A stretch of DNA of 63,736 bases, filler included, from Craspedostauros australis (Eukaryota), in assembly GCA_030167865.1 (NCBI GenBank). It is 20 parts of 20 records of this genome, joined end to end, with 100 filler letters (N's around TTAATTAATTAA, not from the genome) between each part and the next. Parts side by side here need not be neighbours in the genome. Positions count along the whole stretch, not along the records: positions 35,543 to 37,828 come from JALAGF010002142.1; positions 37,929 to 45,099 come from JALAGF010002143.1; positions 45,200 to 46,953 come from JALAGF010002144.1; positions 47,054 to 48,981 come from JALAGF010002145.1; 16 more parts are not named here. The stretch is one strand, 5' to 3'. Shown here in pieces: positions 35,543 through 47,664 of the stretch. The notes beneath the pieces are model-generated. The model searched no databases. It saw only the letters and a list, made by a program, of their open reading frames with translations, and was not told where the DNA came from. How positions within the stretch are numbered: the first letter of the stretch is position 1; each line of letters starts with the position of its first letter. Position numbers and translations under genes: made by a program.

Positions 35543-37809
35543 GACCTCCAGATTCGTCAATGCCCGGTTCAAGTATTTCATTGCTGGGAGAAAGGCAGCC
35601 ACGCCAACGGCAAGCTGCCCAACCTTAAGGTTCAGCTTGATCAAATCAAGCTCCGGGATGATAGTGTTGGTGGTTGTGAGCGAAGATGCATTCTCCAGAT
35701 GATCTGCGGCCACAAACCACATCCAATCTTCACCCAGCATGGGATCAGACGCGATCCCCATGAGGTGTTTCCCGACCTGATACTTCATTTGATCGAGTTC
35801 GTCACCCGGAGGAGTCAACGAGAAGGCCGCCTGTTGGATTCGGTCATGAACGAAGCGGAACGTCGCACAAGAGGTGACTGTGCCTTCAGCTATCTCTGCG
35901 GCGGTTGCTGTGTCGACATCGAGTCTCTCCAGCAGTTCCTCCTTCACTGCTAGATTCAATGCGTCACCTACGCTCATATCAGTCACTGCCAAGATACGCA
36001 TGGCGCCTCCACCATCTGCCTTCTGCTGCTGGTGTTCAATCTCCATATCCATAAGCGTCTCCAACAACGATTGACGGAACGTCGATCGCAGAAATGAAGC
36101 CATCTGCAAGCACCTCTGAAGATCCTCAGGCAACGAATGCAGCTTCGACGTGATCAGGTCGACTACGTTGGCGGCCATGTCGATCTCATCGGCTGCTCGC
36201 TGCTCATCCCATTCCCATTGCATTGTGTGGATGTTGCGAGTCAGAGCCTTGCGACGGCGCAGTCCCTCCAACGCTTGCATGGTGTAGAGAACGTTGCCTT
36301 TGGTCTTGTCATGGAGCAACTTGGCGAGCGGCGTTGTTTTCATGGTGTCCAACCGAAGTGACGATGCAAGCAACTCCGAAGTTTGGGTGACTGTGAGATC
36401 ATTGAGGGGAATGTCGTGGATGGTCTTCCCGTTGTTTTTCCACTGTGAGACCGCTGTGGTCAGTTGATGCTGAGGATCGTTGTGCACCTCGTTGGATCGG
36501 TATGATCCGATGATGAGAAGGTTGCGGATGGATTGGTCGATCAAGACTTCAGTGATGAGCTTGAGAGATCGTTCATCAACCCATTGAAGGTCTGATCGTG
36601 TGGGCACAGGTGTGCGAATGTGAGAGATTGGGAACGTGAAACATACACCGGTGGTTCAGTGTCATGCGTTGCGACAGCGTACTCGTACACACGAGCTGGA
36701 AGGAATGGGCGATTCACACACGCACTGGTGCTCCATGCAAGTATGCAACCGTCGATGCCGCGCCGAAGCCGTGGAGGAACATCGCACACATGAAACAGAC
36801 AATGCCATTGCTACCACTCACCATCCAGATAGAGCACGAGAGGACGGCCGTCAGTGCAGATGGCCTTCAGGATGATCTTGAAGCTGTACACCAGCTGAAC
36901 CCACTCGTTCGTTTTGGATCCCGTATGGGAGAACGTGCCTGTGTTCATCACACTTCCCGAAGCTATCGAACCTACAGAAACCGACGCCTGGTCTTCGCGA
37001 AGCAACTCGCTTGAGCGACCGCTTCGGAAACTGTTTGAGGTCGCGATATCGACCACACTGCCTGCATGACTTGCCCGATGTTCCTTCAACAAAGACACAA
37101 GCCCTGGAATGGCGCGGCACGCAAGCATGCGGCGTGTGACATCCATCCTCCGATTGAGTCCCATCCTGATCCGGTGGCATTCTTCGGTGTCGCCAGATGC
37201 AACAAGGCTCCGAAAGAAATGTGACAGCGCATCCACGATGGCCGAGAGATTGCCACCTGCATTGAATTGGTCGTACTTTCCCTTTCCATAGTGACATGGA
37301 TGCGAGTCAGCCCGTCGCTTGTTTGATGGCATGGGTGATTCATTCTGTACAGAGTGAGCAATTGCGGATGTGTCAGTTTGAGACGGCGGAGATGATGGGG
37401 GCGGCGATGGTGACTTGGTTGCGCCATCATTCAATCTATGCAAGAAACGGTCCACCAATGCTGATTTGCCCGTCCCTGAATAGCCGTGGATGAGAACGAC
37501 CTGTGCATCCTTGTTGCTATCGGCACTACTGCTGTCATCACGTGTGGGCTTCGTCAGTGGTTTGCGACATATGCGGCCGTAGATCGAATTCAATCGTTCC
37601 AGCTCATCTTCGCGTCCCACGAAGGTGTTGAGCCGCAGTTGATCCCACTGTTCGTCATCGTCATCGTTGCCATCGTCGTCGTCACCGAAGGTGTGGTTGT
37701 CGTCGTCGTAGATACTGTGCTTGGGATCATCGGTAGTGTCTGTGCCTGGATGTGATGAAGCGTACGTTTGATCATCCGTCTGCTCACAGGGAGTTGTTTT
37801 GTCTGCCAT
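35543..37809 (-). CDS. STAND-like P-loop ATPase (AAA_16/COG3899-type) with helical C-terminal region; 2 exons, 3' truncated
   Basis: FVGREDELERL, Walker A GYSGTGKS, GKGKYDQ, Walker B LVLYLD|DLQW split by a phase-1 intron at 36592-36821, IGSYRSNEV, KTKGNVLY, FRFVHDRIQQAA. Confidence 0.88.
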
Positions 37810-38199
37810 GGTGCTTGATGCCTTGTCGNNNNNNNNNNNNNNNNNNNNNNNNNNNNNNNNNNNNNNNNNNNNTTAATTAATTAANNNNNNNNNNNNNNNN
37901 NNNNNNNNNNNNNNNNNNNNNNNNNNNNTGTCATACTGCCTACAATATCTTTTCTGGCGCCAAGATGTTTCTACTTGTGGTCATGTTGTTGATGTCACAC
38001 CCAGTATGTTGGTTGTTACTCTCTCTCTGTGTTTGTGTTTGTGTTTGTGTTTGTGTTTGTGTACAGTAGAGCATTCGTATTTCTGTGTGGGCGAACAACA
38101 TGAGCGGAAATGACGCGCCCGGACAAGCCAACAGACAGAAGGAAACTTGTGTGTGTCTGCGACGAAGCCCCCACAGGGATCACTCGGAGGGACACTCTC

Positions 38200-38326
38200 G
38201 ATTCAGAATCAGAATGGAAAAATTCTGAAGTTCTGAAGTTCTGACTCGATTCTGAATCCGTTCTGAAAGTCTGAATCCGTTCTGAAATTCTGAATCCGTT
38301 CTGAATCGGAGCCAGATTCTGAATCA
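38200..38326. repeat. Array of ~10 (T)TCTGAA-like motifs bounded by an 11-bp inverted repeat
   Basis: gattcagaatc ... ttctgaagttctgaagttctga ... tctgaatccgttctgaa (x3) ... gattctgaatc. Confidence 0.65.
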
Positions 38327-38497
38327 AGCTGAAACACGCCAGCCGTGCTCTCTGACACGGAAACAGACTGACACGCGTAACGCTAATATAACGTCTGCAC
38401 AAATTCAAATTATTGCTTCAGCACGAAGTTTGGTTACGCGGGACTCGATTGGAAACGTCATTGGGTTCCATGTACGGTCTGGCCGTCGTATTTATCC

Positions 38498-39904
38498 ATG
38501 ACTAATCCAAGTACCGGACGGTGCAGCACATCATCACAAAGGGTGCCGACCAGTCGAACCGCGAGCATGACGACTGGCACAAGTGACAGCATTGCGGATG
38601 AAGGCTATCTGGAGGCCGCCATCCTCTCCGTCTACGATCTTCCAACGAGTCGTCAGCCCATCGCGGTGATCATGAACATTGGCAACGTGACTGTTTCCAC
38701 AGGGCCTCTGGTTTGCCAAGCACGAGGATCGCAACTCCTCTCGGTTCAACACTGACAATGCATCCACGCCAGCATCGGCAGCTGTATCGTCCAGCATGCG
38801 CACTTCATCAACGGAGAGCGAGAACGACGTCAATACGAAAAGCCCTTTCCGCAGCTGCACAGATCGACCGCGACGATCTGCGTGATCTATGATGACCCAG
38901 ATCTCAACTTGGAAACGAAGCTCTCGCTCAATGATTTGAACATTCACTAAACATCCTGGCAGATTCTCAATTTCATCCAATCGCCATCATCATCACCAAT
39001 ACCAACACCACCTGAAGCAGCAGTAGCAGCAACAACAGCAACAACTCGAAGGATACCGAATGCTGCAGGCAAATCTGCAACTACTCCTACGGCGACAGCA
39101 TTGGCCGCGGGAAGATCATTCGCTTCATCGGTTGGCGATGGCGTCAGCGACAATCCATCACCGACCATTCGAGTCAAGCTTCATCTGGATGCCCCGTACC
39201 GACCCGAAATCGCAGCGTTCATCGCCATCGCGCAAGGGTGGTTCCATCTTGTCTATCCATCAGAGGATTGGATACGGGAACCTGCATCCAAGATACGTGT
39301 ACCGACATCCTCCAACACGATTCTCCTGCCATTGATTCCGCTCATCACGGCCATCGTGGTGGCGTCGCCCACCATGATGGACACGCTCCTCGTTTTCATG
39401 CCCGTCGCGTTGCCGTTCTTCATCATCGCGATCACCTCGATCGTCGCGTCCGGCCTCGCGATGTATTCCAGCACACGCCATGGACGAGAGCATATTGGCG
39501 GCACGGTGTTCATACCCTTCGCCGATTCGTTGCTGTTGCCATCCCAGGCAGCGCAGCGACTGATCTACCAAACCGGACCGTACCCAATGCCCGTCAGCCT
39601 CGTGCGGCACATCCTGCCGACTGATCCCAACTCCCTGTGGGTGTCGTTGGCGATAGACTTCGTGGGTTCATCGTCGTACCTGTTGCCAGTCGTCAGCAAA
39701 CTATGCAATGTGATATGGGCGCCGATCCAATTCATACCGGCGATGGTCATGTACGACTCTGTCCACTCCAGCTTGAAGTACGTGAGCCTTGTGGAAGAGC
39801 TGGTGCCGTTCACAGATATCGTGTCAACGGCGACAATTGGATGGACCATGGAGCACTACGGTGTTCATTCGGAGGCCACCAGCGGGTCGAACATGGAGAA
39901 ATGA
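38498..39904 (+). pseudogene. Disrupted gene for a membrane protein (C2-like N-terminus, multi-TM C-terminus)
   Basis: GYLEAAILSVYDLP start; frame changes near 38710 and 38840; in-frame TAA at 38948. C-terminal part SLAIDFVGSSSYLLP...WAPIQ...YVSLVEELVPFTDIV.TATIGW. Confidence 0.6.
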
Positions 39905-40505
39905 GGTACGCCGCGAGACCTGGCCATGGCCGCCGGCCGTTTGCGTTGCGACTCCATGAGGCATCCGCAGATTTACCGATGCTACCATTCTCCGGCACAC
40001 AGATACTGTGGAACCGAGAAGCGATATCCTCTCTCTTGCTCCAGAAACTTCCAACGCTTCCAGTTTCACTCTTTTCTCCTGGTCCATAATACTATTATAT
40101 GAATGTTGGGTATGAGAATGGATTTCATGCAGTCCTCGTACTCGGAGCGTATCACCACGGAATTAACATGAATCCGATCAAAATGGTGGCAATCATACCT
40201 ACCATACATACAAGCAGGATTCCGCGAGCGGTCTGCATACGATAATACGAGCTATGCGGACGGAGGAGATTGGCAGGTTGTAATGTATGTGCTTCTGTGA
40301 AGATGCTTAACATGTATCATATCATGGAGTAGATTGTTCATTCTTCAATCCTCGAGCTTCGATGGTATCCCTCATCCCATGGTCAAGGATTGTGACACAG
40401 CCTGGTGAGAGACCACCATCTGCCTTCATTGCTGCAACAGGAGCTGGATGCACGAGTATCCATACTTGTTGAGTGGTCTCATTTGGAGCTCTTCGGCGAC
40501 TCGCT

Positions 40506-43500
40506 TCATTTGGATGACTTGGGAGACTTCGTCTTGCTCTCCTTTGATGACTTGTCCGATTTGGATGATTTCGCCCCCTTCGTGCTGCGCAAGTGAGATG
40601 GTTGGGAGGAAGGGAAGGACGACAGCGTGGATGGTAGCGCAGATGGTAGCGCAGATGGCGGCGTGGACGACAGCATGGATGACGGAGCGGATGACGGCGT
40701 GAATGACGGCGTGGACGACAGCATGGATGACGGAGCGGATGACGGCGTGGATGACGGTGTGGACGACAGCATGGATGACGGAGCGGGTGACGGCGTGGAC
40801 GACAGCGTGAATGACGGAGCGGATGACGGCATCATCGAGTTACTGTTGCAGAATTCCAGTGAACCCTTGAAGTACTCAAAGACGTCACCATAGAGAGCAG
40901 GAGGATAATCACCGACAACATCGCTCGCAATTCCCGTAAAGATAGTGAATGGGCAATTGCCGCAATCAATCCAGTCTGGAGGGATGGGAATGATGTTCCT
41001 CGAAAACTCATCCCCTGTGCTCGTTCGTGTATCGATGCGGATGGAGATCACGTCGTCGCTTTCGGATACAGCCAAAGGTTGATCGAATGCAATCACGTCT
41101 GTGAATTCACCATCACCTCTGGCCTCGATCGTTCCCGATGCAAGTTCTGCCCAATTCCCGGGAAAATCCCACGTACTTGGGCGGTAGAAGATTGTGAAAG
41201 TTTGGTTCCCCGTCGATGGCAGGACAAGCCTCATGCCTGTGATGTCGACACTATCCAGAATCTGAATGTCGTGTCGCACTGAAGCGACCGTGTCGTCATA
41301 GAATTCTCTTGGGAGACCTGCTGTTTTTGCGTCGCGGCAGGTCTCTGTTGGTGCCTGCGTGGGGCCTGCGGATGGCTGGGTTGTTGGCGATGTTGTCGTA
41401 GTGGGGGAAGCAGATCCGGTCGGCATCTCGGTGCTCAGATCCAGGCAGAATTCGAGGATGCCGAAAAAGATGGGGAACTCATCGCTGAAATTGGGCGGTC
41501 TGTTTCCAACTTCGAGGCTACCTTGTCCGGAGAATACTTCGAATGGGCAGTCTGGGCACTCGACAAAGTCCTCTGGGATCACCATCGGAGATGATGAGGC
41601 CACAATATCCAACCTGTCGGCCATGTCAATGCGGAAGGATACAATGTCATTCTCCGCAGGCACCGCCACGGGCTGATCAAATATGAGGGAGGGGGAGAAG
41701 CCAGACGAGTCCGTTTCTCCGTTGTTTCCTGACGCAATCTGAGTCCAGTTGCCATCGGCATCCCAGGTGCTTGGGCGGAAGAAGATCGTGTATGGCATGT
41801 TGGTGAGTTCAGGAGCCACTGCGACCTTGATCGCGGTGAATTCGATGCGGTCCAGTATGCGAACATCGAATCTGAATGACTCAATGCGCTCATCTGAGCG
41901 AGATCCGCTGCGCTCTGTGAACTCCCACGTGCCGCAAAATTCGGTTGGGGCAGACGAGGGGGTTATAGTCGGGACATTCGATGGGAGTGATGACAATGAT
42001 GGTACCATAGAAACGGATGGTGCCATAGAAACGGATGGTGCCACACTTGGTGATTGACTGAAATCCAGTTTCACGCTCACCGTCGCACACATGGGTGTGG
42101 TCGAGTCATCATCGATGTTGGATACCGAAATGACGATCCCATCCAACACAGACGACTGGGCGTTAATTCTGTGCGATGGTTGTGCCATGTTCAGAATGGC
42201 CTCCAGATGAGAGAATCGCTTCAGGGTAGTGTTGTTGTCTTGTGCCCTTGTCACGAGGACCTGATCCCTGCCCAGCGGAGAATCGGCGTTGAAGTTGATG
42301 GCTCTGTTGAAGGCGATGTAGTAGTTCAATTCACTCTCAGGATCGTCAATTCGGATGATGACATCGAAACTGGTGTCAGCGGGGTCATAATCGACCACTC
42401 CGCAGAGCCTTCCCTCGAAGTCGATGTCTTGACCTCCGGTGAGCAATGTGGTCTGATCGGAATACCACCCCATCAGCCAACTCTTGGCACCTATGTGTGG
42501 TGGAGGGGCAGGCACAAGAGTAATGATATTGAAGAGGTAGGTTTGCAGCATGAGCATGAGAGCGTGAAATGATTTGGCGTGGACGTAAAGAACGAAACGA
42601 TGGAGAAGGGAATGATTGCTGAGGCAGTGTACGTAGAGCGTCGCATCGCGTTGTATCGCATTGTATGCGATGAGGTGACGCAACTCCTCCTGGAACGGAA
42701 TCATCTAGGTCCTTGCTCTCCACAAGGCGGCGGCGTCGTAGCACTTACCGTTGTACCCCACCTTATCGGCCAGCGTTTCATTAATAAATGGACTAAAAAT
42801 TGGCCTGCCCATCGCGCCGCTGCGGAATAATGGCCAATGTTGGGATTGGAATCCATTGACCGCAAGACGTCAACAACGAGGAAGAGAATACACGAAGACG
42901 GGGTTAGATGGGCTTCGAACGAGAAAGAGGGCCCCTATCATGTGATGAGGACCAGAACATGGCAGACGCGTCCAATGTGCTCTCTCCAGAGTTCGATTGT
43001 GTCCGTTCTTGTGTCCGATCGTCCATCCGCCTACAAAGATTGATACAGAACGTCGCGGATTGTCTTCAACCTCTCTCTCTTTCTCTCTGCTGGCACATTG
43101 GCTGCGCTTACCTGCGATCTTCGTACTCTTTCTCGTTCCGATTGGAATGGCCAAGCCCAAAGTTGTGACCGAGTTCGTGGACGATGATGGCAGGGTTGGT
43201 TGCCCAGTGTGTGCCTGGATACTCTTCGATACCGTTGTACACGCTGATCTTGTCGTCGAAATAGGCGTACGCTGTGAATCAGTGGTGTGTTGGTTACATC
43301 GGTGCGCGCGTTGATAATCGGGAGAGTTTGATTCGCACGGAAGAAAGATGGTATTGCATGATGGAGTGAGACGGGTTAGATAGGAGTATGAACACGTGTA
43401 GAGCTCGCCACGATATCAGTGCGAAATGTTGACATGGAAGACACAGGTTGTGCGGTCATTGTTGGCACTTACCGATCCAATCAGTTCCAGGGTTATTCAA

Positions 43501-44559
43501 CCCGATTGGGACCAGGATCAAGAAGAAATCAAAGTCATCATAGATCTTGACCTCCTGCATCAGATATTGTGAGATGGCATTATCAACTCTTCTTGCCTCG
43601 AGAGTGGTGGGATCAACGTGAGGGGGGAACTCAATTGTCAAAATCCCATCATCTGTCCCATTCGTCGGCATGGTGGAGAGCCTCAGCTTGTCAAAAGACA
43701 TGGCCGCGAACTGGTCGGTGAAGTTGGGCTGAGCGCCGAAGATCTCGTCTTTGATGAGGGACTTGGGAACTGTGTAGTCGGTTTGGAAGACGACCTGAAT
43801 GAGGAGGAACTTCTTGTCGCCAGAACCAAAGACGTCAGGAGTGGTCAGAGAACGACCATGTCCATGTCCATGTCCATCGCTTTGTTCGCTTCGTTGATGA
43901 TGCTCGATCGTCATGTCATCGATGATCTTCAAGTCTGGCAGCTTCAAGGAGAAGTCGGTGACATCGATGATGACATTATCCAGAAACAACGTGGACTTGG
44001 AAGAGGAAAATGGCCATGCACGGTTGTTCTTGGCCCATTCCGGCGTCAGCCCTTCGATGGTTAAATGCACAGGCCCATGTTCTTCTTCATCGGAGCCTTG
44101 GAGCATGCAAGATAAGTCAGTTGCATCCGTTCCGTCGGCAGTGCCAGTGATACGTGCCGAGACGAGGCATGGCTCCTGTAGGATACTGTGTTCGCCCGAG
44201 GCAGCGTCATGCATCTGAATTGAGTTCGATTCAGTTGTTGGTATTGTGGTGAAGGACGTGGCGTGATGTGACGTGACGTGATGCGTTGTGATGTATTGCA
44301 TAATACAAGGTACAGAATCATGGTTGAGTTGAGGATGAGATCACTGAATTGGATGCACGTACGCGTATGTCTGTGGATGCGGATGCGGCAAGGCGAGAAT
44401 GTCAGCAAAGAAGGAGCCCCCACACGTCGAGACAACAGTGACAGTTGCCATCTTGCTCGTACTCACCACCAACTTTGACATCGGGGATGCCGCTGCCGTA
44501 GCGGCAAGCGCCGCAAGCACCACAGCAGCAAGGATTCGTTGGCAGAAGTGAGAATGCAT
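40506..44559 (-). CDS. Secreted gametolysin-like (peptidase M11/metzincin) metalloprotease; 5 exons: 44559-44467, 44214-43473, 43271-43112, 42819-42749, 42490-40506
   Basis: Signal peptide, HGRSL propeptide site, HELGHNFGLGH zinc motif (43147-43179), SGAMG Met-turn, YNGAKSWLMGWY. All four GT-AG introns are phase-consistent. P/S/T linkers and a K/S-rich tail follow. Confidence 0.88.
40621..40830 (-). repeat. Coding 12-bp-based tandem repeats (PSS-A/T/M) forming a mucin-like stalk
   Basis: Repeated gacggcgtggacgacagcatggatgacggagcggat units encoding SSAPSSMLSSTP. Confidence 0.85.
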
Positions 44560-45199
44560 GGCTTTTCGTCATCAACGAGATGAAGGGTTTATGAGATGAT
44601 TTGGAGTCCGAGGAAGGAAAGAACGAACAGAAACAGGAACTGCTGCCATTCCTTCGCCAGCCACCACCTTCGTTGATTTTCGCGTGCGGTGAACACTCCC
44701 CTCTTGTGTGGGTGGGCTTTTCGGTCGCCTCTTTTCGCGATTGAGGTTGATGGCAGGTTGGGGGCGTGTTCATGATCGGTGGTGGAGGACCCGTATCGGC
44801 GTGGTATCCATGGAGAGGACGAGCACGTGGATGGGCGGGAAAGCACCTGTCGTAGCATAGTAGAGTAGCTGTGCGTACACCTGTGAGTTGCTGCGCATGA
44901 GCACGCGTACGGCTATGAGTTGCTCGCATGCACATCAAGTGTCATGGTGGGTGGAACTTGTGGCGAAGTGGCCGTTCGCTGGAACCTTGTGTGCCGAGGT
45001 TGCTCAACTCCATCATGATAATCAGCAATTACACACAGGACAAGAGGAGAGCACCAAACACTGCACTTACGACGCCGCCTGGGTGATCAATCCAATAGGN
45101 NNNNNNNNNNNNNNNNNNNNNNNNNNNNNNNNNNNNNNNNNNNTTAATTAATTAANNNNNNNNNNNNNNNNNNNNNNNNNNNNNNNNNNNNNNNNNNNN

Positions 45200-46426
45200 T
45201 CGAATGGACTGCTCCTTGAAGCCTTCTGTTGTCTGCGCAGGTTGGCCGGCAGAAAGGACTGTGCTTTCGTCACCGTCACCGTCGCCGTGGTTGTCTTGTG
45301 TGTTTGTGTATGATAGCGCCTCGTTTCCGACGACATCGACCAGGTTGGGAATGAGCTTGTTGAGCGATTGCAGCTCATCGATGTTGAGATCATCCGTGAT
45401 GCGCTGCCTGATCACATCGAAGGTTCGGGCGTCCTCTTCTCCACGGTGCTTGGTGTCAACACGGCTTCTTGGAAGAGCGCAGATCTGTGAGCACAGATCG
45501 GCCATCGCGGTTCGGAAGCCAGAGTACGGTTCATCCATCTGCTTGAGATCGAACTTTCCGCACACGAAGAAGACGTCGTTGGCCTTACACTTTGGTCGCA
45601 GCGTGTTGGCCAGGGCCGACTTTCCAGTGCCGGAGTATCCGGAGATGGACACGAGAGATCGGACGGTGATAGTTTGTGCTTTCATATGTTGGCCGATGAT
45701 GTTTTTATTCTTCGGGCTGCCCATATCGCTTGCGTTGCTTTCCTCGTCATTCGAAGTCATGCAATTGTCTTCGTCTGATGAAGATGGCAGTGAGACTGCG
45801 GACGTTGGCTTCTTGAGGATCTGCTGGAAATGACGGTCGAGGACGCGCTTCTCCTTTTCTCGTCCGATGAGACTGATGCGCGAGAAGTCGAGAGAGCTCT
45901 GGGAGAACTCCGCTATCTTTCTGGCTGTGCGCATGCGGTTGGTCTCCGTTGCGAGGATTGGTTGGTGATGCCTCACAGCATCATCTGGCGGACCGATCGC
46001 CGCATGTTGGGTCATTTTCGCGATGAGGTCGAGGCTGCCGCTGGTCCGGCGCGATCCCTCAGATGATACCCGGCCGTTTCTGCTCTGGCCTTCGGACGAC
46101 TTTTGCTCCTTGGGCAAGGCCAGTGACCGCGCCTCTTCTCTCGCATTGGTGGAGATTTCGGATGCGGTTGTGGACGCCGTTTCCGAGGTGCTTGTGAACG
46201 TTGTGGATACAAAGTCACCATCGTCGCTGTTGGCATGCGTTGCTTTCATCTTGTGTCCCACCCGCCCCGTGCCTGGTGCCTTTGTCTGTGCCTGTTTCTT
46301 GTGATCGGTCGTGACAACATCATCATCGTCTTTCTGTTTATTCGACGAAAGAAGTCGCTTCATGACGACTTGTCCACCGCTGTTGCCCATTGTCGTCTTG
46401 ATCGATGTCGATCGATGTGGATCCAT
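45200..46426 (-). CDS. Second STAND-like P-loop ATPase (AAA_16 type), N-terminal fragment
   Basis: LDFSRISLIGREKEKRVL, Walker A GYSGTGKS, FFVCGKFDL, EPYSGF, LNKLIPNL. Truncated by the contig end; start codon uncertain. Confidence 0.85.
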
Positions 46427-47664
46427 GCCTTCGTTTGTTGCTGATCTCGGTAATGCGATGTTTTGATGGTGACGTTGATGAATGTATGGCAGTGTGGGTG
46501 ATGCCGGGCACGGTTGGATTGTGGAGATGGTGGTTGTGTGGTGGTTGTCTCGTATGGCACTGGAGAAAGTGCTGCACAGATGCTGCAGAGGCGTTCGTCG
46601 GAGAGGATTGGCACGGAGGGAAGATGGAGGTTCTTTGCGTCCATTTGTGTCTTGTGTTGGTTGGCGAATTGTTCGCAAGGTTCGCCCCCTTGTGATAAAA
46701 ACTATCTGCTCCCTCAACAATGTTCGTAACCTTTTCGCGTCATCCAAGAACACAACGATGTGCAGGTTTTTCACGTGACCGGAGGTGTTGGGGGGGTGAA
46801 ACCTGTCTGTTCTGAAAATTATGACTGTGCGGAGCGGTCATTTGCTCAACATGGATCCTACGCGTGGTTTGTGCGAATCGCTGGAGTGGCGATATACCTC
46901 CCTCTCGAGCAGCGTTCCTTCGGATCTCGGAGGCGTAGCGCAGAGCATACGGCNNNNNNNNNNNNNNNNNNNNNNNNNNNNNNNNNNNNNNNNNNNNTTA
47001 ATTAATTAANNNNNNNNNNNNNNNNNNNNNNNNNNNNNNNNNNNNNNNNNNNNATGAAACACATCCTACTTTGGTCAGCAGTTCGAAACCAAGGATCTCC
47101 TCTCGAACAGATATTCATCGAACGTACTAACGGACATAATGTAGGACCAACATTGGATGACGCCGAAGTACACGATGTCCGATATGCGCACAACTGCTAA
47201 CTGAAGGACGATCATGTGAATCCGAAATCGAACAATACCGCATAATGTCCGCTATTCTGTGTAATATCGCAACTATACGGCAACCTCCAAGGATGACGTG
47301 CTTTCTTCGATTCGCCAAAAACTTCAAACTACTCGTAATTCATAACGCGTGTATGGTACGAATTGAGTGTAGATAAGCACGAGCATTTAGAGAAGAGTAG
47401 AGTAAAGTACTCTCCAGAGTCCTCCTGTGAAGTCATAAATTCCGTAAATAGTCGTCAGCACCAAAGTAATGATACAACCTACTATACGAGTAGTCAACCA
47501 CGAAACTACCAGCCCCATATCGTGCCCTCGAATATGAGTACTCTCCATTATGGGTCCTTCCAATCTCCCAGGGAAATCACCAATCACACCTTCACAGACT
47601 TTTTCCCATCGCGGACGCAGTCATGTATCCGATCGCATGATAGACTACAACTGCAATTACGGCT

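Noticed and set aside
42491..42704. N-terminal 71 aa of the 732-aa ORF in the track
   Set aside because: Intronic; the real exon starts at 42490 after a TAG acceptor.
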